A stretch of DNA of 32,000 nt from Candidatus Saccharimonadota bacterium (lineage in GTDB: Bacteria; Patescibacteriota; Saccharimonadia; Saccharimonadales; Saccharimonadaceae): NCBI GenBank assembly GCA_023898645.1, contig CP060232.1, positions 1,102,347 through 1,134,346 of the forward strand, in the 5' to 3' direction. Of this stretch, positions 1-8,569 are shown piece by piece; position 1 is the stretch's first letter, and every line of letters starts with the position of its first letter. The notes below the pieces were generated by a model, which was not told the origin of the DNA, did no database searches, and was given only the letters and a program-made list of their open reading frames with translations. The translations under genes and the position numbers were made by a program.

Positions 1-608
1 TATCGAATAAATCTCAGCGCAGGAATTATTAAAAGCCAGCTAAATTTTGCTATATCAGCATTAAATAGAGCAATCACTATCGAGATCAAAAATATAGCAC
101 CCATCGCTAAAGAACTGAATAGGCCGTTACGTATAGTCTGCTCTGCAATATTCGCACTAAGAAACTTCTTTTTTACGGCATATTGCCAACTCACAAAAGA
201 AATCAATTCAATAACAACGAACGTTGACGCATACAATATCGTGGCCACTTTAGTGTCTGATTCACTCAATAGAGCTGTTGGGAACGGAATAAATGCGACA
301 AAAAGCAATAAGACAAGATTCGACATCATAAAAACTCGGTCATATTGCACAAGAGCACGGTATTTTCTTACGTGTACCGACCAGATTGCACCAATGACAA
401 GAAAGCTCAATACATAGGAAAAGAAACTGGGGATTATCGCTATAAGACCGCTCAGCACTGATGATTCAGAACTAAGGTCAACGTTTTCGGGTAAATGAAT
501 TTCAAGCGCAAGCAAGGTGATTGCGATTGCAAATACGGCATCACTGAAGAATACGAATCTATCCACCCCTATTCTTGTCTGTTCCTCTGCAGATAACGAC
601 ATCGACAT
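1..608 (-). CDS. DUF1211/TMEM175-family putative potassium channel (C-terminus runs off the left window edge)
   Basis: Hand translation of the minus strand from ATG 608..606 stays open to position 1: MSMSLSAEEQTRIGVDRFVFFSDAVFAIAITLLALEIHLPEN...GAIWSVHVRKY... The R-x3-FSDAVFAIAITLL-x-LE motif followed by several hydrophobic helices is the hallmark of this family. The start overlaps the upstream stop (TAATG). It is missing from the ORF track only because it has no stop inside the window. Confidence 0.7.
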   Translation of the reverse strand, partial: MSMSLSAEEQTRIGVDRFVFFSDAVFAIAITLLALEIHLPENVDLSSESSVLSGLIAIIPSFFSYVLSFLVIGAIWSVHVRKYRALVQYDRVFMMSNLVLLLFVAFIPFPTALLSESDTKVATILYASTFVVIELISFVSWQYAVKKKFLSANIAEQTIRNGLFSSLAMGAIFLISIVIALFNADIAKFSWLLIIPALRFIR

Positions 609-1426
609 TAAGCAGCACTCCGGTACGTCAATTCTCGGTCTTTCATAACGGATTTATTAAATGCGCTCGTTCGTATAACGCTCAGAGCGACAACGACTTG
701 AATCAAAACGAATAACCAAAATAGCGTTTTGTCACCGGACATAACGCCCGTATATGCAATCGATACGTCTGTAACAGCGTGAAATATAGCAACTAATAGA
801 ACGCTGCCTCGAGAATTATTAAACACCCACGACGTAAGTATAGATGTCGCAATAGCGGAAATAAGAAAGCCCACAAATGGTAGATTTGCCTGAAACGAGT
901 CCGCAATCATAAACAATGGTATGTGCCAAAGGCCCCAGAGCAGCCCTAAAATCAAACTTGCGTTTAATGGAGTAAACTTTTTTTGCAACCGTGGTAACGC
1001 AAAACCACGCCAAGCCGTTTCTTCTGTAATAAGAAACAACCACCATTCAATTAAGAAAACAAGAAGGAGGCTCGAAGTGGTAATATCTGTGGCAAAATGT
1101 TTATTTTCACCGCCAAACAGATAATATATGAGCAAAGCGACAATAGAAATTATCGGAACCACCACCAAAGAAATGACATACCAAACTGGTTTTACTCTGA
1201 ATCGCACAAGTCGTTTCAATAAATCAATGACAGCCACCTTTCCTCCACTTAATGCCGCGACGCCATATGTCGCTATTGTTAAGCCGAACCAAAAGGCAAG
1301 TGACTGTGGAATGTGCCATGTCAATAACTTGTTTTGTTGCGCTACACTCGTGCCCCACACAAGCCATGGAAGCAAATAAGCCATCCCGAAAAAAATAATA
1401 AGTGGGTGTTTTTTTATTATGTTCAT
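608..1426 (-). CDS. CPBP-family intramembrane glutamic endopeptidase (CAAX protease / Abi family)
   Basis: 272-aa polytopic membrane ORF carrying the three CPBP motifs: EETAWRG (EExxxR), LWGLWHIPLF (FxxxH type) and AIFHAVTD (HxxxD/N). Confidence 0.8.
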   Translation of the reverse strand: MNIIKKHPLIIFFGMAYLLPWLVWGTSVAQQNKLLTWHIPQSLAFWFGLTIATYGVAALSGGKVAVIDLLKRLVRFRVKPVWYVISLVVVPIISIVALLIYYLFGGENKHFATDITTSSLLLVFLIEWWLFLITEETAWRGFALPRLQKKFTPLNASLILGLLWGLWHIPLFMIADSFQANLPFVGFLISAIATSILTSWVFNNSRGSVLLVAIFHAVTDVSIAYTGVMSGDKTLFWLFVLIQVVVALSVIRTSAFNKSVMKDRELTYRSAA

Positions 1427-1555
1427 TCTTGATTTCCCTTATGTTACAACATTAGTATACACAAGTTTAAAATATGGGCTCAAGGCGGCTTGCTGGAGTT
1501 TAATCTGTCCGATTCGCCAAACAGAAAAGAGATGCAGCCGCATCTCTTTTTCATT

Positions 1556-1648
1556 TGGCGGAGGAGGGGAGATTCGAACTCCCGCTACAGGTCTCCCCGT
1601 ACTAACGATTTAGCAAACCGTCCCCTTCAGCCACTTGGGTACTCCTCC
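1556..1648 (-). tRNA. tRNA-Ser (anticodon GCU)
   Basis: The minus strand reads GGAGGAG TA CCCAAGTGGCTGAAGGGG A CGGT-TTGCTAA-ATCG ... GGGAGTTCGAATCTCCC CTCCTCC G CCA. It has a 7-bp acceptor stem, anticodon loop TT-GCT-AA, the long variable arm typical of Ser, a GTTCGAATC T-loop and an encoded CCA. Confidence 0.9.
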
Positions 1649-1746
1649 GTATTTGGCTTGAAATATTGCTCTCGCAATTCCTTGGGACTCGATAGATTAT
1701 AGCATAGTGTAAGGGGTCGGACTAGCCCTTGTGTGTTCTACGTCTA

Positions 1747-1775
1747 TTGACTTTATGCTTATTTATTGGTATAGT
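1747..1775 (+). promoter_or_regulatory. Sigma70-like promoter with extended -10, placed for a leaderless transcript of the pilin gene at 1782
   Basis: TTGACT (1747..1752), a 17-nt spacer ending in TGg, then TATAGT (1770..1775). Only 6 nt (attaat) separate the -10 from the ATG at 1782, and there is no Shine-Dalgarno sequence. Confidence 0.5.
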
Positions 1776-1781
1776 ATTAAT

Positions 1782-2204
1782 ATGAAGACAAAGGTTTTCT
1801 TGGGAGTACCAATCATTGCTACTATTTTGGTGGCTAGCTTAGTATTTACCCAAGATACTCATGCAGTTAGCCTCAGTATATCTGCCGGCGCCAGTGCTGC
1901 AAAGGGTACGGATCAAGCAGCTAATTTATTCGGTCAGACAGGTATGTTTCGTACTATAACCAACGTACTGCTATATCTCATTGGTGCCATAAGCGTCATT
2001 ATGCTTATCATAGGTGGACTACGATACGTTGTGTCTGGTGGAGACAGTACTGCCGTACAAAATGCGAAAAATACGATTCTTTACGCCATTGTCGGTATCG
2101 TCGTTGCAATTTTGGCATATGCTATCGTCAGTTTTGTTATTTCATCGTTCACAGGAGTAGGTGGCGGAGCTGGTGGTGGTGGAGTTGCGCCGACTAATAC
2201 GTAA
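1782..2204 (+). CDS. VirB2/TrbC-like T4SS pilin paralog (class A)
   Basis: I prefer the start at MKTKVFLGVPIIATILVASLVFTQDTHA (signal peptide); the track ORF begins upstream at 1731. The core FRTITNVLLYLIGAISVIMLIIGGLRYVVSGGDSTAVQNAKNTILYAIVGIVVAILAYAIVSFV forms a two-helix hairpin with a short basic loop, as in TrbC/VirB2 pilins. It has a Gly-rich C-terminal tail and is about 91 percent identical over the core to the gene at 3788..4222. Confidence 0.75.
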   Translation: MKTKVFLGVPIIATILVASLVFTQDTHAVSLSISAGASAAKGTDQAANLFGQTGMFRTITNVLLYLIGAISVIMLIIGGLRYVVSGGDSTAVQNAKNTILYAIVGIVVAILAYAIVSFVISSFTGVGGGAGGGGVAPTNT

Positions 2205-2320
2205 TTATTTAAGTAATGTATGTAAACTTTTCCAGCATTTCGCTACACTGCGCCGAAAACTCATAGTTGCATCGGCTAAAGCCGCTGCCCGCAAGCTCTA
2301 ATCAAGCCCGAACAGACAAG

Positions 2321-2352
2321 AAAATAGACCAGGCATTTGCCTGGTCTATTTT
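2321..2352. terminator. Bidirectional intrinsic terminator (pilin gene on +, tRNA-Ser on -)
   Basis: Perfect hairpin aaaatagaccagg-catttg-cctggtctatttt with an A-run on one side and a T-run on the other. It directly abuts the 3' end of the tRNA at 2354. Confidence 0.75.
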
Positions 2353-2353
2353 C

Positions 2354-2442
<89 letters not shown>

Positions 2443-2484
2443 TTGTTAAAATGTGCTTCAGCAATAATAGCAGATTTACCCCTG

Positions 2485-3153
2485 TTAGTCGAGAGTTTGA
2501 CGACTAATTGAGGCAACCCAAACCTTACCAGCACCAGCATCAAGTAAAGTCTGGGCTGCGTATTTCACGGTCGCCCCAGTTGTAATGACATCATCTATAA
2601 GTAGATATGTTGCATTTGGATCTAACTTTTTACGGCAGACAAATGCAGACTTTGCTTGTGACACACGCTCCCGCACTCCCATGCCGCGCTGTGTTGTATT
2701 TGTAGCACGACTCAGCGACAAATCGACAGACAGCTTTCGTAAGCCACTAAACTTTCGCGCTACTAATAGCATGTGGTCGTAACCCCTTTGGCGAATATGA
2801 GAACCAACTGTAGGTACGGGAACAATAATTGTATTTTTCGGTAATTCAGGCAAATGGGAATGAAGTAGGTCAGCGAGCGGGCCATGTGCTGCTCGCGTGT
2901 TACTAAACTTGAAGTCATTTATCAGACTTTCAAGATGATCACGACGGTCGGCGACACACCAGGCGCGCTCATATGGCACACGACATACTCCACATAAACC
3001 ACTTGCTGGCGCCAGTTGCTTGCCACAGCCCACACACGCAGAGAAAGGTTCGCTTATGATGTCATATTTACAATTATCACATAGCATGGTGCCAATTATT
3101 CCGCATCCGGAACAGTGGTGGGGAGCGATAATTGATAGTAGTTGGTCAATCAT
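2485..3153 (-). CDS. comFC: ComF-family protein (ComFC-like phosphoribosyltransferase-fold competence protein)
   Basis: The N-terminal region has four CxxC pairs (CSGCG...CDNCK...CVGCG...CGVCR). The C-terminus carries the PRT-type motif YLLIDDVITTGATV. At 222 aa it is a typical ComFC length. Confidence 0.85.
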   Translation of the reverse strand: MIDQLLSIIAPHHCSGCGIIGTMLCDNCKYDIISEPFSACVGCGKQLAPASGLCGVCRVPYERAWCVADRRDHLESLINDFKFSNTRAAHGPLADLLHSHLPELPKNTIIVPVPTVGSHIRQRGYDHMLLVARKFSGLRKLSVDLSLSRATNTTQRGMGVRERVSQAKSAFVCRKKLDPNATYLLIDDVITTGATVKYAAQTLLDAGAGKVWVASISRQTLD

Positions 3154-3184
3154 TGTGATTTTTACGTTTTGACGGCTTGTCCGG

Positions 3185-3213
3185 TTGATTATATCACCGC
3201 TACTGGTTATACT
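3185..3213 (+). promoter_or_regulatory. Candidate sigma70-like promoter of the Hsp20 gene
   Basis: TTGATT (3185..3190), 17 nt, TATACT (3208..3213). A strong RBS GTGGAGGA lies 6-7 nt before the ATG at 3259. Confidence 0.4.
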
Positions 3214-3258
3214 GTAGGGGACAAGTTGTCAAGAGCCTAGAGAAAGTGGAGGATATTT

Positions 3259-3726
3259 ATGGCCCGCAAACAAAATACCAATGACGATCTATTGATCGAA
3301 GACGAATTGGCCGCCGCATTCCTGAATGACGACGATCTTTCAAGTAACGCCGATGATGGCGGTGTCGTCATGCATGATGACGAACAGCTTGAAGACGATT
3401 TTCCAGGACAGTTGGCAGTCGATGTATACGAAACCGAGGATAAGCTGGTTGTTAAAGCCCGCACAGCCGGTGTAAACAAAGATGAGCTAGACGTCAGTAT
3501 ATCTGACGGCATCCTAACAGTCAGCGGTACGCTGAGCAGTGGTGATGACGCCGATGTTAATAACTGGCACATTCAAGAATGCTACTGGGGCGAGTTTAGT
3601 CGTACACTAGCACTTCCTGTTGCCGTTAAGGAAGATGAAGTAGAGGCCGTCTTAAAGGATGGTGTTCTAACCATTACATTTAGCAAGGTTAAGCAAGAAC
3701 ACGCTAAGAAAATTCAGGTTCTGTAA
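3259..3726 (+). CDS. Hsp20/alpha-crystallin family small heat-shock protein
   Basis: The alpha-crystallin domain is recognisable: QLAVDVYETEDKLVVKARTAGVNKDELDVSISDGILTVSG...GEFSRTLALPVAVKEDEVEAVLKDGVLTITFSK. It has an acidic N-terminal arm and a good SD sequence. Confidence 0.9.
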   Translation: MARKQNTNDDLLIEDELAAAFLNDDDLSSNADDGGVVMHDDEQLEDDFPGQLAVDVYETEDKLVVKARTAGVNKDELDVSISDGILTVSGTLSSGDDADVNNWHIQECYWGEFSRTLALPVAVKEDEVEAVLKDGVLTITFSKVKQEHAKKIQVL

Positions 3727-3741
3727 AACTACAGTCCAATC

Positions 3742-3773
3742 AAAAAACTCCGCGATAATCCGCGGAGTTTTTT
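3742..3773. terminator. Bidirectional intrinsic terminator between convergent hsp20 and the pilin array
   Basis: Hairpin aaaaaactccgcg-ataatc-cgcggagtttttt, a GC-rich stem flanked by A- and T-runs. It sits between the stop at 3726 (+) and the stop at 3788 (-). Confidence 0.8.
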
Positions 3774-3787
3774 GATTAGCAGCTTAA

Positions 3788-4222
3788 TTACTGGCCGCTA
3801 GTGAAACTTGAGACAACAAAGTTGACTACAGCGTAGGCGAGAATAGCAACGACCACACCGACAATAGCATAAAGAATCGTATTTTTCGCATTCTGCACAG
3901 CCGTACTGTCGCCGCCAGATACAACGTAACGAATACCGCCGATAATAAGCATGATCACACTAATTGCGCCAATGAGGAACAATAGCACGTTGGTAATGGT
4001 ACGGAATATACCACCCTGGCCACCTGTACCAAAGAGAGTAGACGCGTCACCCTGCTGGTCCTTGCCCTGTGCAGCTCCTGCGCCGTCACTTAGTCCTTGG
4101 TTGAATGATGCGTGCACGGGAACAGGTTGCGCGAACAGACCAAAGCCCAATACCAATGCCGGTACGACAAGCGCCGCCGACAGAAGTTGTTTGATTTTAC
4201 TTTTCATGTATGAACCTTTCAT
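3788..4222 (-). CDS. VirB2/TrbC-like T4SS pilin paralog (class A), last gene of the array
   Basis: Signal peptide MKSKIKQLLSAALVVPALVLGFGLFAQPVPVHA. An alternative start at 4207 is preceded by AAAGG. Variable G/Q-rich segment, then the core FRTITNVLLFLIGAISVIMLIIGGIRYVVSGGDSTAVQNAKNTILYAIVGVVVAILAYAVVNFV. Confidence 0.75.
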   Translation of the reverse strand: MKGSYMKSKIKQLLSAALVVPALVLGFGLFAQPVPVHASFNQGLSDGAGAAQGKDQQGDASTLFGTGGQGGIFRTITNVLLFLIGAISVIMLIIGGIRYVVSGGDSTAVQNAKNTILYAIVGVVVAILAYAVVNFVVSSFTSGQ

Positions 4223-4279
4223 TTTGATTACTTTACTACTTTTATACCAGATGACGGGAGTTTTGTTAAGTGCTAACCA

Positions 4280-4660
4280 TTAACTTTTAAACGCACCGAG
4301 AACGAAGTTGACGATGGCGTACGCTAAGATAGCGACAACTAAACCAATAACCGCATACAGCACAACGTCCTTTGCTGATTTCACTGCTTGCGCGTCACCG
4401 TTACTCGTCGCGTAACGAATACCACCGATGATAATCATTATGACCGCAACAGCACCCAAGAGAAACAGGAGTACGTTCACGACTGTTTTAATTTTATCTT
4501 GAAGATCTTGCGTACCTGTCTGAGTACCGCCAACAGACGTAACTCCGCCTTGTATGCTATCAATTGGGCTTTGGGCTAAAACAGTTGAAGGCAACAGTGG
4601 TGCTGTAGCCAATCCAACTGTTGTCATAATGCCGAGAAGTAGTGTACGTAGTTTATTCAT
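4280..4660 (-). CDS. VirB2/TrbC-like T4SS pilin paralog (class A)
   Basis: Signal peptide MNKLRTLLLGIMTTVGLATAPLLPSTVLA, a variable T/G/Q-rich segment, then the core VVNVLLFLLGAVAVIMIIIGGIRYATSNGDAQAVKSAKDVVLYAVIGLVVAILAYAIVNFV. Confidence 0.75.
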   Translation of the reverse strand: MNKLRTLLLGIMTTVGLATAPLLPSTVLAQSPIDSIQGGVTSVGGTQTGTQDLQDKIKTVVNVLLFLLGAVAVIMIIIGGIRYATSNGDAQAVKSAKDVVLYAVIGLVVAILAYAIVNFVLGAFKS

Positions 4661-4673
4661 ATGGTTTCTCCTA

Positions 4674-5090
4674 TTAGTTTCCTTTCAGTCGTGCCAGTAC
4701 GAAGTTGACAATTGCATACGCCATGATTGCAACGACGAGGCCTATAACAGCATACAACACGGTGTCTTTGGCAGATTTAATCTGTTGTGAATCACCATTA
4801 CTTGTGGTGTATCTGATACCCCCTATGATAATCATGATCACAGCAACTATACCTAGCACGAATAAAATCATGTTGATAATGTTTGTCATAATAGAGGTGA
4901 AGCTGTCGCCAGTTGCGCCACAAATCTGACTCTGGCCAGCGCTAGAGGAGGCTCCGCCACCGGTAGTAGCACCACCAGCACCGCCACCAGGGCAATTCTG
5001 AAACACATTAATAGCCATAGCTGGCACTGGCATAAAACTAGTAAAAATAAGACTGAGACTAATGAGTAATGGTGATAGATATTTTTTCAT
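4674..5090 (-). CDS. VirB2/TrbC-like T4SS pilin paralog (class A)
   Basis: Signal peptide MKKYLSPLLISLSLIFTSFMPVPAMA, a Gly-rich variable segment with two Cys, then the core IINMILFVLGIVAVIMIIIGGIRYTTSNGDSQQIKSAKDTVLYAVIGLVVAIMAYAIVNFV. Confidence 0.75.
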   Translation of the reverse strand: MKKYLSPLLISLSLIFTSFMPVPAMAINVFQNCPGGGAGGATTGGGASSSAGQSQICGATGDSFTSIMTNIINMILFVLGIVAVIMIIIGGIRYTTSNGDSQQIKSAKDTVLYAVIGLVVAIMAYAIVNFVLARLKGN

Positions 5091-5100
5091 ACGTCCTCCT

Positions 5101-5397
5101 TTATTTTGCGACTTGCTGCAATATGAATTGTGTTATACCGGCCGCCATGATGACCACAATTAAACCAACGACAGCATAGGTGATAGTGTTCTTTGCTGCC
5201 TGGATCTGACTACTGTCACCGTTGGCACCTACATAGCGAACACCTCCGATGATAATAGCAAGTACCGCAACAATGCCTGCAATGAAATAAACGACGCCCA
5301 GTAAGTTACCAACCGTAGTACCTGTAATACTAGTAGGGGCACCCTGAAGGTTCAAATCTTCTTTTGAAATCTTAATTGTGTTGTTTGAAGTTGCCAT
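5101..5397 (-). CDS. VirB2/TrbC-like T4SS pilin paralog without an obvious signal peptide
   Basis: 98 aa. The hydrophilic N-terminus MATSNNTIKISKEDLNLQGAP is followed by the core LLGVVYFIAGIVAVLAIIIGGVRYVGANGDSSQIQAAKNTITYAVVGLIVVIMAAGITQFI. The start overlaps the upstream stop (TAATG at 5395..5399). Confidence 0.7.
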   Translation of the reverse strand: MATSNNTIKISKEDLNLQGAPTSITGTTVGNLLGVVYFIAGIVAVLAIIIGGVRYVGANGDSSQIQAAKNTITYAVVGLIVVIMAAGITQFILQQVAK

Positions 5398-5864
5398 TAT
5401 TTGATACTCCCAGCAATAAATTGAACAATGGCAATCGCCATAATTGAAATAACCAGACCAATGATAGCATTTTGGATGGTTTTGCGAGCAGCAACAGTGC
5501 CGCTACTGTTGTCACCCTGTGTCATATATTTAAACCCTCCCCATATAATGAATATGAGTGATGCGTAACCAACGACGTAAAGTAACATATCTACAATGTT
5601 CATGGCGATAATCGTCAGCCATGTGCCAAACCTTTTACCAGTGTCGCCACTACCAACCTCATTGGGTGATTTTATACTTCCGTCACTTTTACATAGTCCA
5701 TCGTACCAATGGGGGAAAATAGTGATACTTCCGCCACACGGATTAGAGCCGCCCGCAGAACTTGCGACGGTAGGCGCCGCATTAACGTATGACACCGGTA
5801 GTAGAGTAAATGCCGCAAGACTTATGAAAGTAATAGCAATTTTATATCTTATATTTCGTAACAT
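5397..5864 (-). CDS. VirB2/TrbC-like T4SS pilin paralog (divergent)
   Basis: Signal peptide MLRNIRYKIAITFISLAAFTLLPVSYVNA, an ectodomain of about 50 aa with two Cys, then the core NIVDMLLYVVGYASLIFIIWGGFKYMTQGDNSSGTVAARKTIQNAIIGLVISIMAIAIVQFI. Confidence 0.7.
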   Translation of the reverse strand: MLRNIRYKIAITFISLAAFTLLPVSYVNAAPTVASSAGGSNPCGGSITIFPHWYDGLCKSDGSIKSPNEVGSGDTGKRFGTWLTIIAMNIVDMLLYVVGYASLIFIIWGGFKYMTQGDNSSGTVAARKTIQNAIIGLVISIMAIAIVQFIAGSIK

Positions 5865-5871
5865 GTCGCAT

Positions 5872-6240
5872 CTATCCTATCACGCCACCAGGTACCAGCC
5901 AATTGATAATTGCAATGGTAAAACCATAAAGTAACAGACCAATGACAATATTTCGAATGATTGTTTTTGACTGATCTAGCTGGGATTGATTGTCGCGAGC
6001 AGACGCATAGAGAATTGCAGCATACGCCAAACCGCCAGTCGCCACCACTCCGATGAGTATAGTTAGTACGTTTGTCGCTATTTTTATCAAAGCACCAATT
6101 GTACCTATACCAGTTTTATCGCTACAGGAAATCAATTGAGTTTTAGTAGTACCACATGAACCTGCAGCGTATACAGGTGCAGCACTAACACCAAGCAGGA
6201 CGGCAAAAAGCGCAATGGTGATTTTTATTTTTTTCATCAT
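5872..6240 (-). CDS. VirB2/TrbC-like T4SS pilin paralog (class B, INWLVPGGVI C-terminus)
   Basis: Signal peptide MMKKIKITIALFAVLLGVSAAPVYA and a C-x9-C loop (SCGTTKTQLISCSD). The core is ATNVLTILIGVVATGGLAYAAILYASARDNQSQLDQSKTIIRNIVIGLLLYGFTIAIINWLVPGGVIG. Confidence 0.7.
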   Translation of the reverse strand: MMKKIKITIALFAVLLGVSAAPVYAAGSCGTTKTQLISCSDKTGIGTIGALIKIATNVLTILIGVVATGGLAYAAILYASARDNQSQLDQSKTIIRNIVIGLLLYGFTIAIINWLVPGGVIG

Positions 6241-6249
6241 ATCTTGGCG

Positions 6250-7425
6250 CTATTTTATCACGCCTCCGGGTACTAGCCAATTGATGATAGCAATCATAAA
6301 TCCATACACAAATAAACCTATCACGATATCGCGAATCCGCTTCCGTGCGTTTGATACGGCTCCTTGGTCGTCTTGAGCCTGTGCGTACTGAATTGACTCC
6401 CACACTATACCGCCGACAGCCCCTATACCAACCAGTATCGAAAGTGCCTGCACGACATACTGAAGCACCGTACTAAGTACCTCTCCGCCCCTAGCATTTG
6501 TGTCGCAGTTTATAAGATTAGTCTTTGCTTGGCCACATCCGCCTTTAACCGTAGAGGTTGTCGTACCTGGACCGCCAGCATCATTAACACTTGAACCGTC
6601 TGGGCAATTACCGTTTGCATCCGCCGTGCTGCCATCCTTACACTTAGGAGGCGTGGGTGGCGGCGGCAATGTACACTTATTATTTACCCATGTACCTCCG
6701 GCAGCAGAGCATTCATTTGGCGACTTCGCCTTCGTTGCCATACATTGCTGCAGTGTATCGTTGGTAATTTTTGTTCCCGTACCACCATTCTGGTCATAAC
6801 ACTCATTAATCGAGTTATCGATGTTTGTCTCGCACTGCTTTATCTGATTAACATCACTAAGATTAGCGTTGTTACAGGCGCTCGCCACATAGCTATCTAT
6901 GCGATCCTGTTTAGTCTTCGAGTTCGTATTGTAGTCTTGGCCCCCGACCGCTGCGTTACGCTGGTCAATGGCGTTGTCTATGCCACACCCAGACCCCAAG
7001 GTAACTAGCCACAAATCCGTTGGCCCTGAACCATCCGCACCAACATTACCGTTATTACACGTTGTTGCAAACGCTAAAACATCTTTGTCATTACACGCGG
7101 TAGTGTCTATTTCATTGGTATAACAAGATACAAGTGCGTTCGAACAGTTACCCTCTTCAGTACCTGGTACATAAGAAATGGAGCTAAGGCCACCTATCTG
7201 TGCCGTGTTTGCACACTGCCTAACCGCAGCAAGACAGTCACTAGCCTTTATGTATTGCGATACCGACTTGCAGTTACCGCTTACACATGTACCATCATCC
7301 TTTGAGCCAGAGCAAGACGCCTGCGCTGCGTCCTCATACACAAATGAAAAAGAAAATGATGCGGCGATTATACTGACAATTACGAGTAGTTTTTTCATGA
7401 ACAATGTTATTCTCTTAATATTCAT
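6250..7425 (-). CDS. Cysteine-rich ectodomain fused to a class-B VirB2/TrbC-like pilin module (candidate adhesin or tip pilin), first gene of the array
   Basis: 391 aa with a signal peptide ending AAQA (alternative start at 7398, MKKLLV). A secreted region of about 260 aa holds about 20 Cys and a PPPPTPP linker. Next comes the C-x9-C loop GGCGQAKTNLINCDTN. The pilin core follows: VLQYVVQALSILVGIGAVGGIVWESIQYAQAQDDQGAVSNARKRIRDIVIGLFVYGFMIAIINWLVPGGVIK, colinear with 5872..6240. Confidence 0.7.
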   Translation of the reverse strand: MNIKRITLFMKKLLVIVSIIAASFSFSFVYEDAAQASCSGSKDDGTCVSGNCKSVSQYIKASDCLAAVRQCANTAQIGGLSSISYVPGTEEGNCSNALVSCYTNEIDTTACNDKDVLAFATTCNNGNVGADGSGPTDLWLVTLGSGCGIDNAIDQRNAAVGGQDYNTNSKTKQDRIDSYVASACNNANLSDVNQIKQCETNIDNSINECYDQNGGTGTKITNDTLQQCMATKAKSPNECSAAGGTWVNNKCTLPPPPTPPKCKDGSTADANGNCPDGSSVNDAGGPGTTTSTVKGGCGQAKTNLINCDTNARGGEVLSTVLQYVVQALSILVGIGAVGGIVWESIQYAQAQDDQGAVSNARKRIRDIVIGLFVYGFMIAIINWLVPGGVIK

Positions 7426-7519
7426 CCGTCACGCAGACTAAAATAGTTTATTCTTAAGATACATGTCTCTATAAAATTACACAAGCGAAATGAATTGAGA
7501 TACCCTGATCATTTTGCAC

Positions 7520-8488
7520 CTATTCAGACGGTGCTTTAATAGAGAGTGTGTCGGGATAGGTGATTATCATTGTTGTAGTTGCGGGCACGCGGTCTTTATT
7601 GTCACTAATATTTTGAAGCTTCGTTATCTTACCAGATGTCTTATTAATCCAAAACTTCACTTTCACAACACCAGATTGTTGATTGGCAGTCGCGTAGGAT
7701 ACGGTGCGACCAAGCAACTTATCTACCTGTAAACTGGCTGTCTTTAATCCGTTCTGATTCAGAATAATCGTATAAATATCTGTGTCGTTGCCTGAATTAA
7801 CGCCATCAATTGTATAAACGTTATTTTCCTTCACGATGTCCAATAGGCTTTGAACTCCGTCACCAAAATTGCCAGCAAATACATATCTTGGTATCGTGCT
7901 AGCAGTAAATCTTAGACCAAATGGGTCATATGCCGACACGTCCGCTTTTTTGCTCAGATCGCTTAGATGTTTCCATACACCCGTTTGGACTAAGCCGTTT
8001 GGAGCCATAGTGCCAGACACATTGTCAATCTGAGAAAACTTCGCGTAAAAATCTCCTGAATCTAAAGCGATTAATGACCCCGCAACTCTACCTTTATTAA
8101 GCCCATACGCATCGCTATCTTTAGATACGGAGACACTGTAATTAACGTCCACCCTAGGCGCACTCTTCATGGAGAAGTCTGATGTCGTCGTCATGTCTAT
8201 CTTCAATGATTCACTACTGGCGGTTCCGTCTGCAACGATTTTGATATATTTTTCGTTCGCAAACTGTCTAATTGCTTGATAAAACTCTCTCTCCGGGACG
8301 CCTTGTACCCATACAAATACCGCCGCGCCAAGACCACCAACCAATAGAATTATGAGTGTGACTGTAAATATAAGCTTCAACTTTTTATTAGATTTCGACC
8401 GCTGGCCCGTTGCGGGATCAAGGTGTAAGTAATCAGGAACTTGATAGGGCATACCGTTTTGATTTGAGTTTTGTTGATTTGGTTGCAT
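7520..8488 (-). CDS. Bitopic membrane protein of unknown function (Q/N-rich cytoplasmic N-terminus, one TM helix, ectodomain of about 250 aa)
   Basis: 322-aa ORF with TM segment LKLIFTVTLIILLVGGLGAAVFVWV. I recognise no motif. It is co-oriented with and 94 nt upstream of the pilin array, and divergent from the VirB6-like gene. Confidence 0.6.
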   Translation of the reverse strand: MQPNQQNSNQNGMPYQVPDYLHLDPATGQRSKSNKKLKLIFTVTLIILLVGGLGAAVFVWVQGVPEREFYQAIRQFANEKYIKIVADGTASSESLKIDMTTTSDFSMKSAPRVDVNYSVSVSKDSDAYGLNKGRVAGSLIALDSGDFYAKFSQIDNVSGTMAPNGLVQTGVWKHLSDLSKKADVSAYDPFGLRFTASTIPRYVFAGNFGDGVQSLLDIVKENNVYTIDGVNSGNDTDIYTIILNQNGLKTASLQVDKLLGRTVSYATANQQSGVVKVKFWINKTSGKITKLQNISDNKDRVPATTTMIITYPDTLSIKAPSE

Positions 8489-8569
8489 TGATAAACTAAT
8501 TATATCACTTACGCTTATCTCTTGTTTTCATTGACACCATAACCAGTATGGCAGATACTATAAGGGTAT

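Noticed and set aside
3176-3225. 7-bp inverted repeat (cttgtcc ... ggacaag) bracketing the hsp20 promoter as a heat-shock operator
   Set aside because: The arms are short with a 36-nt spacing. It does not match CIRCE (TTAGCACTC-N9-GAGTGCTAA) or HAIR consensus elements and could arise by chance.
3237-3572. 111-aa Ser-rich ORF antisense to hsp20
   Set aside because: The sense strand encodes a clear alpha-crystallin domain with a strong RBS. The antisense ORF is low-complexity.
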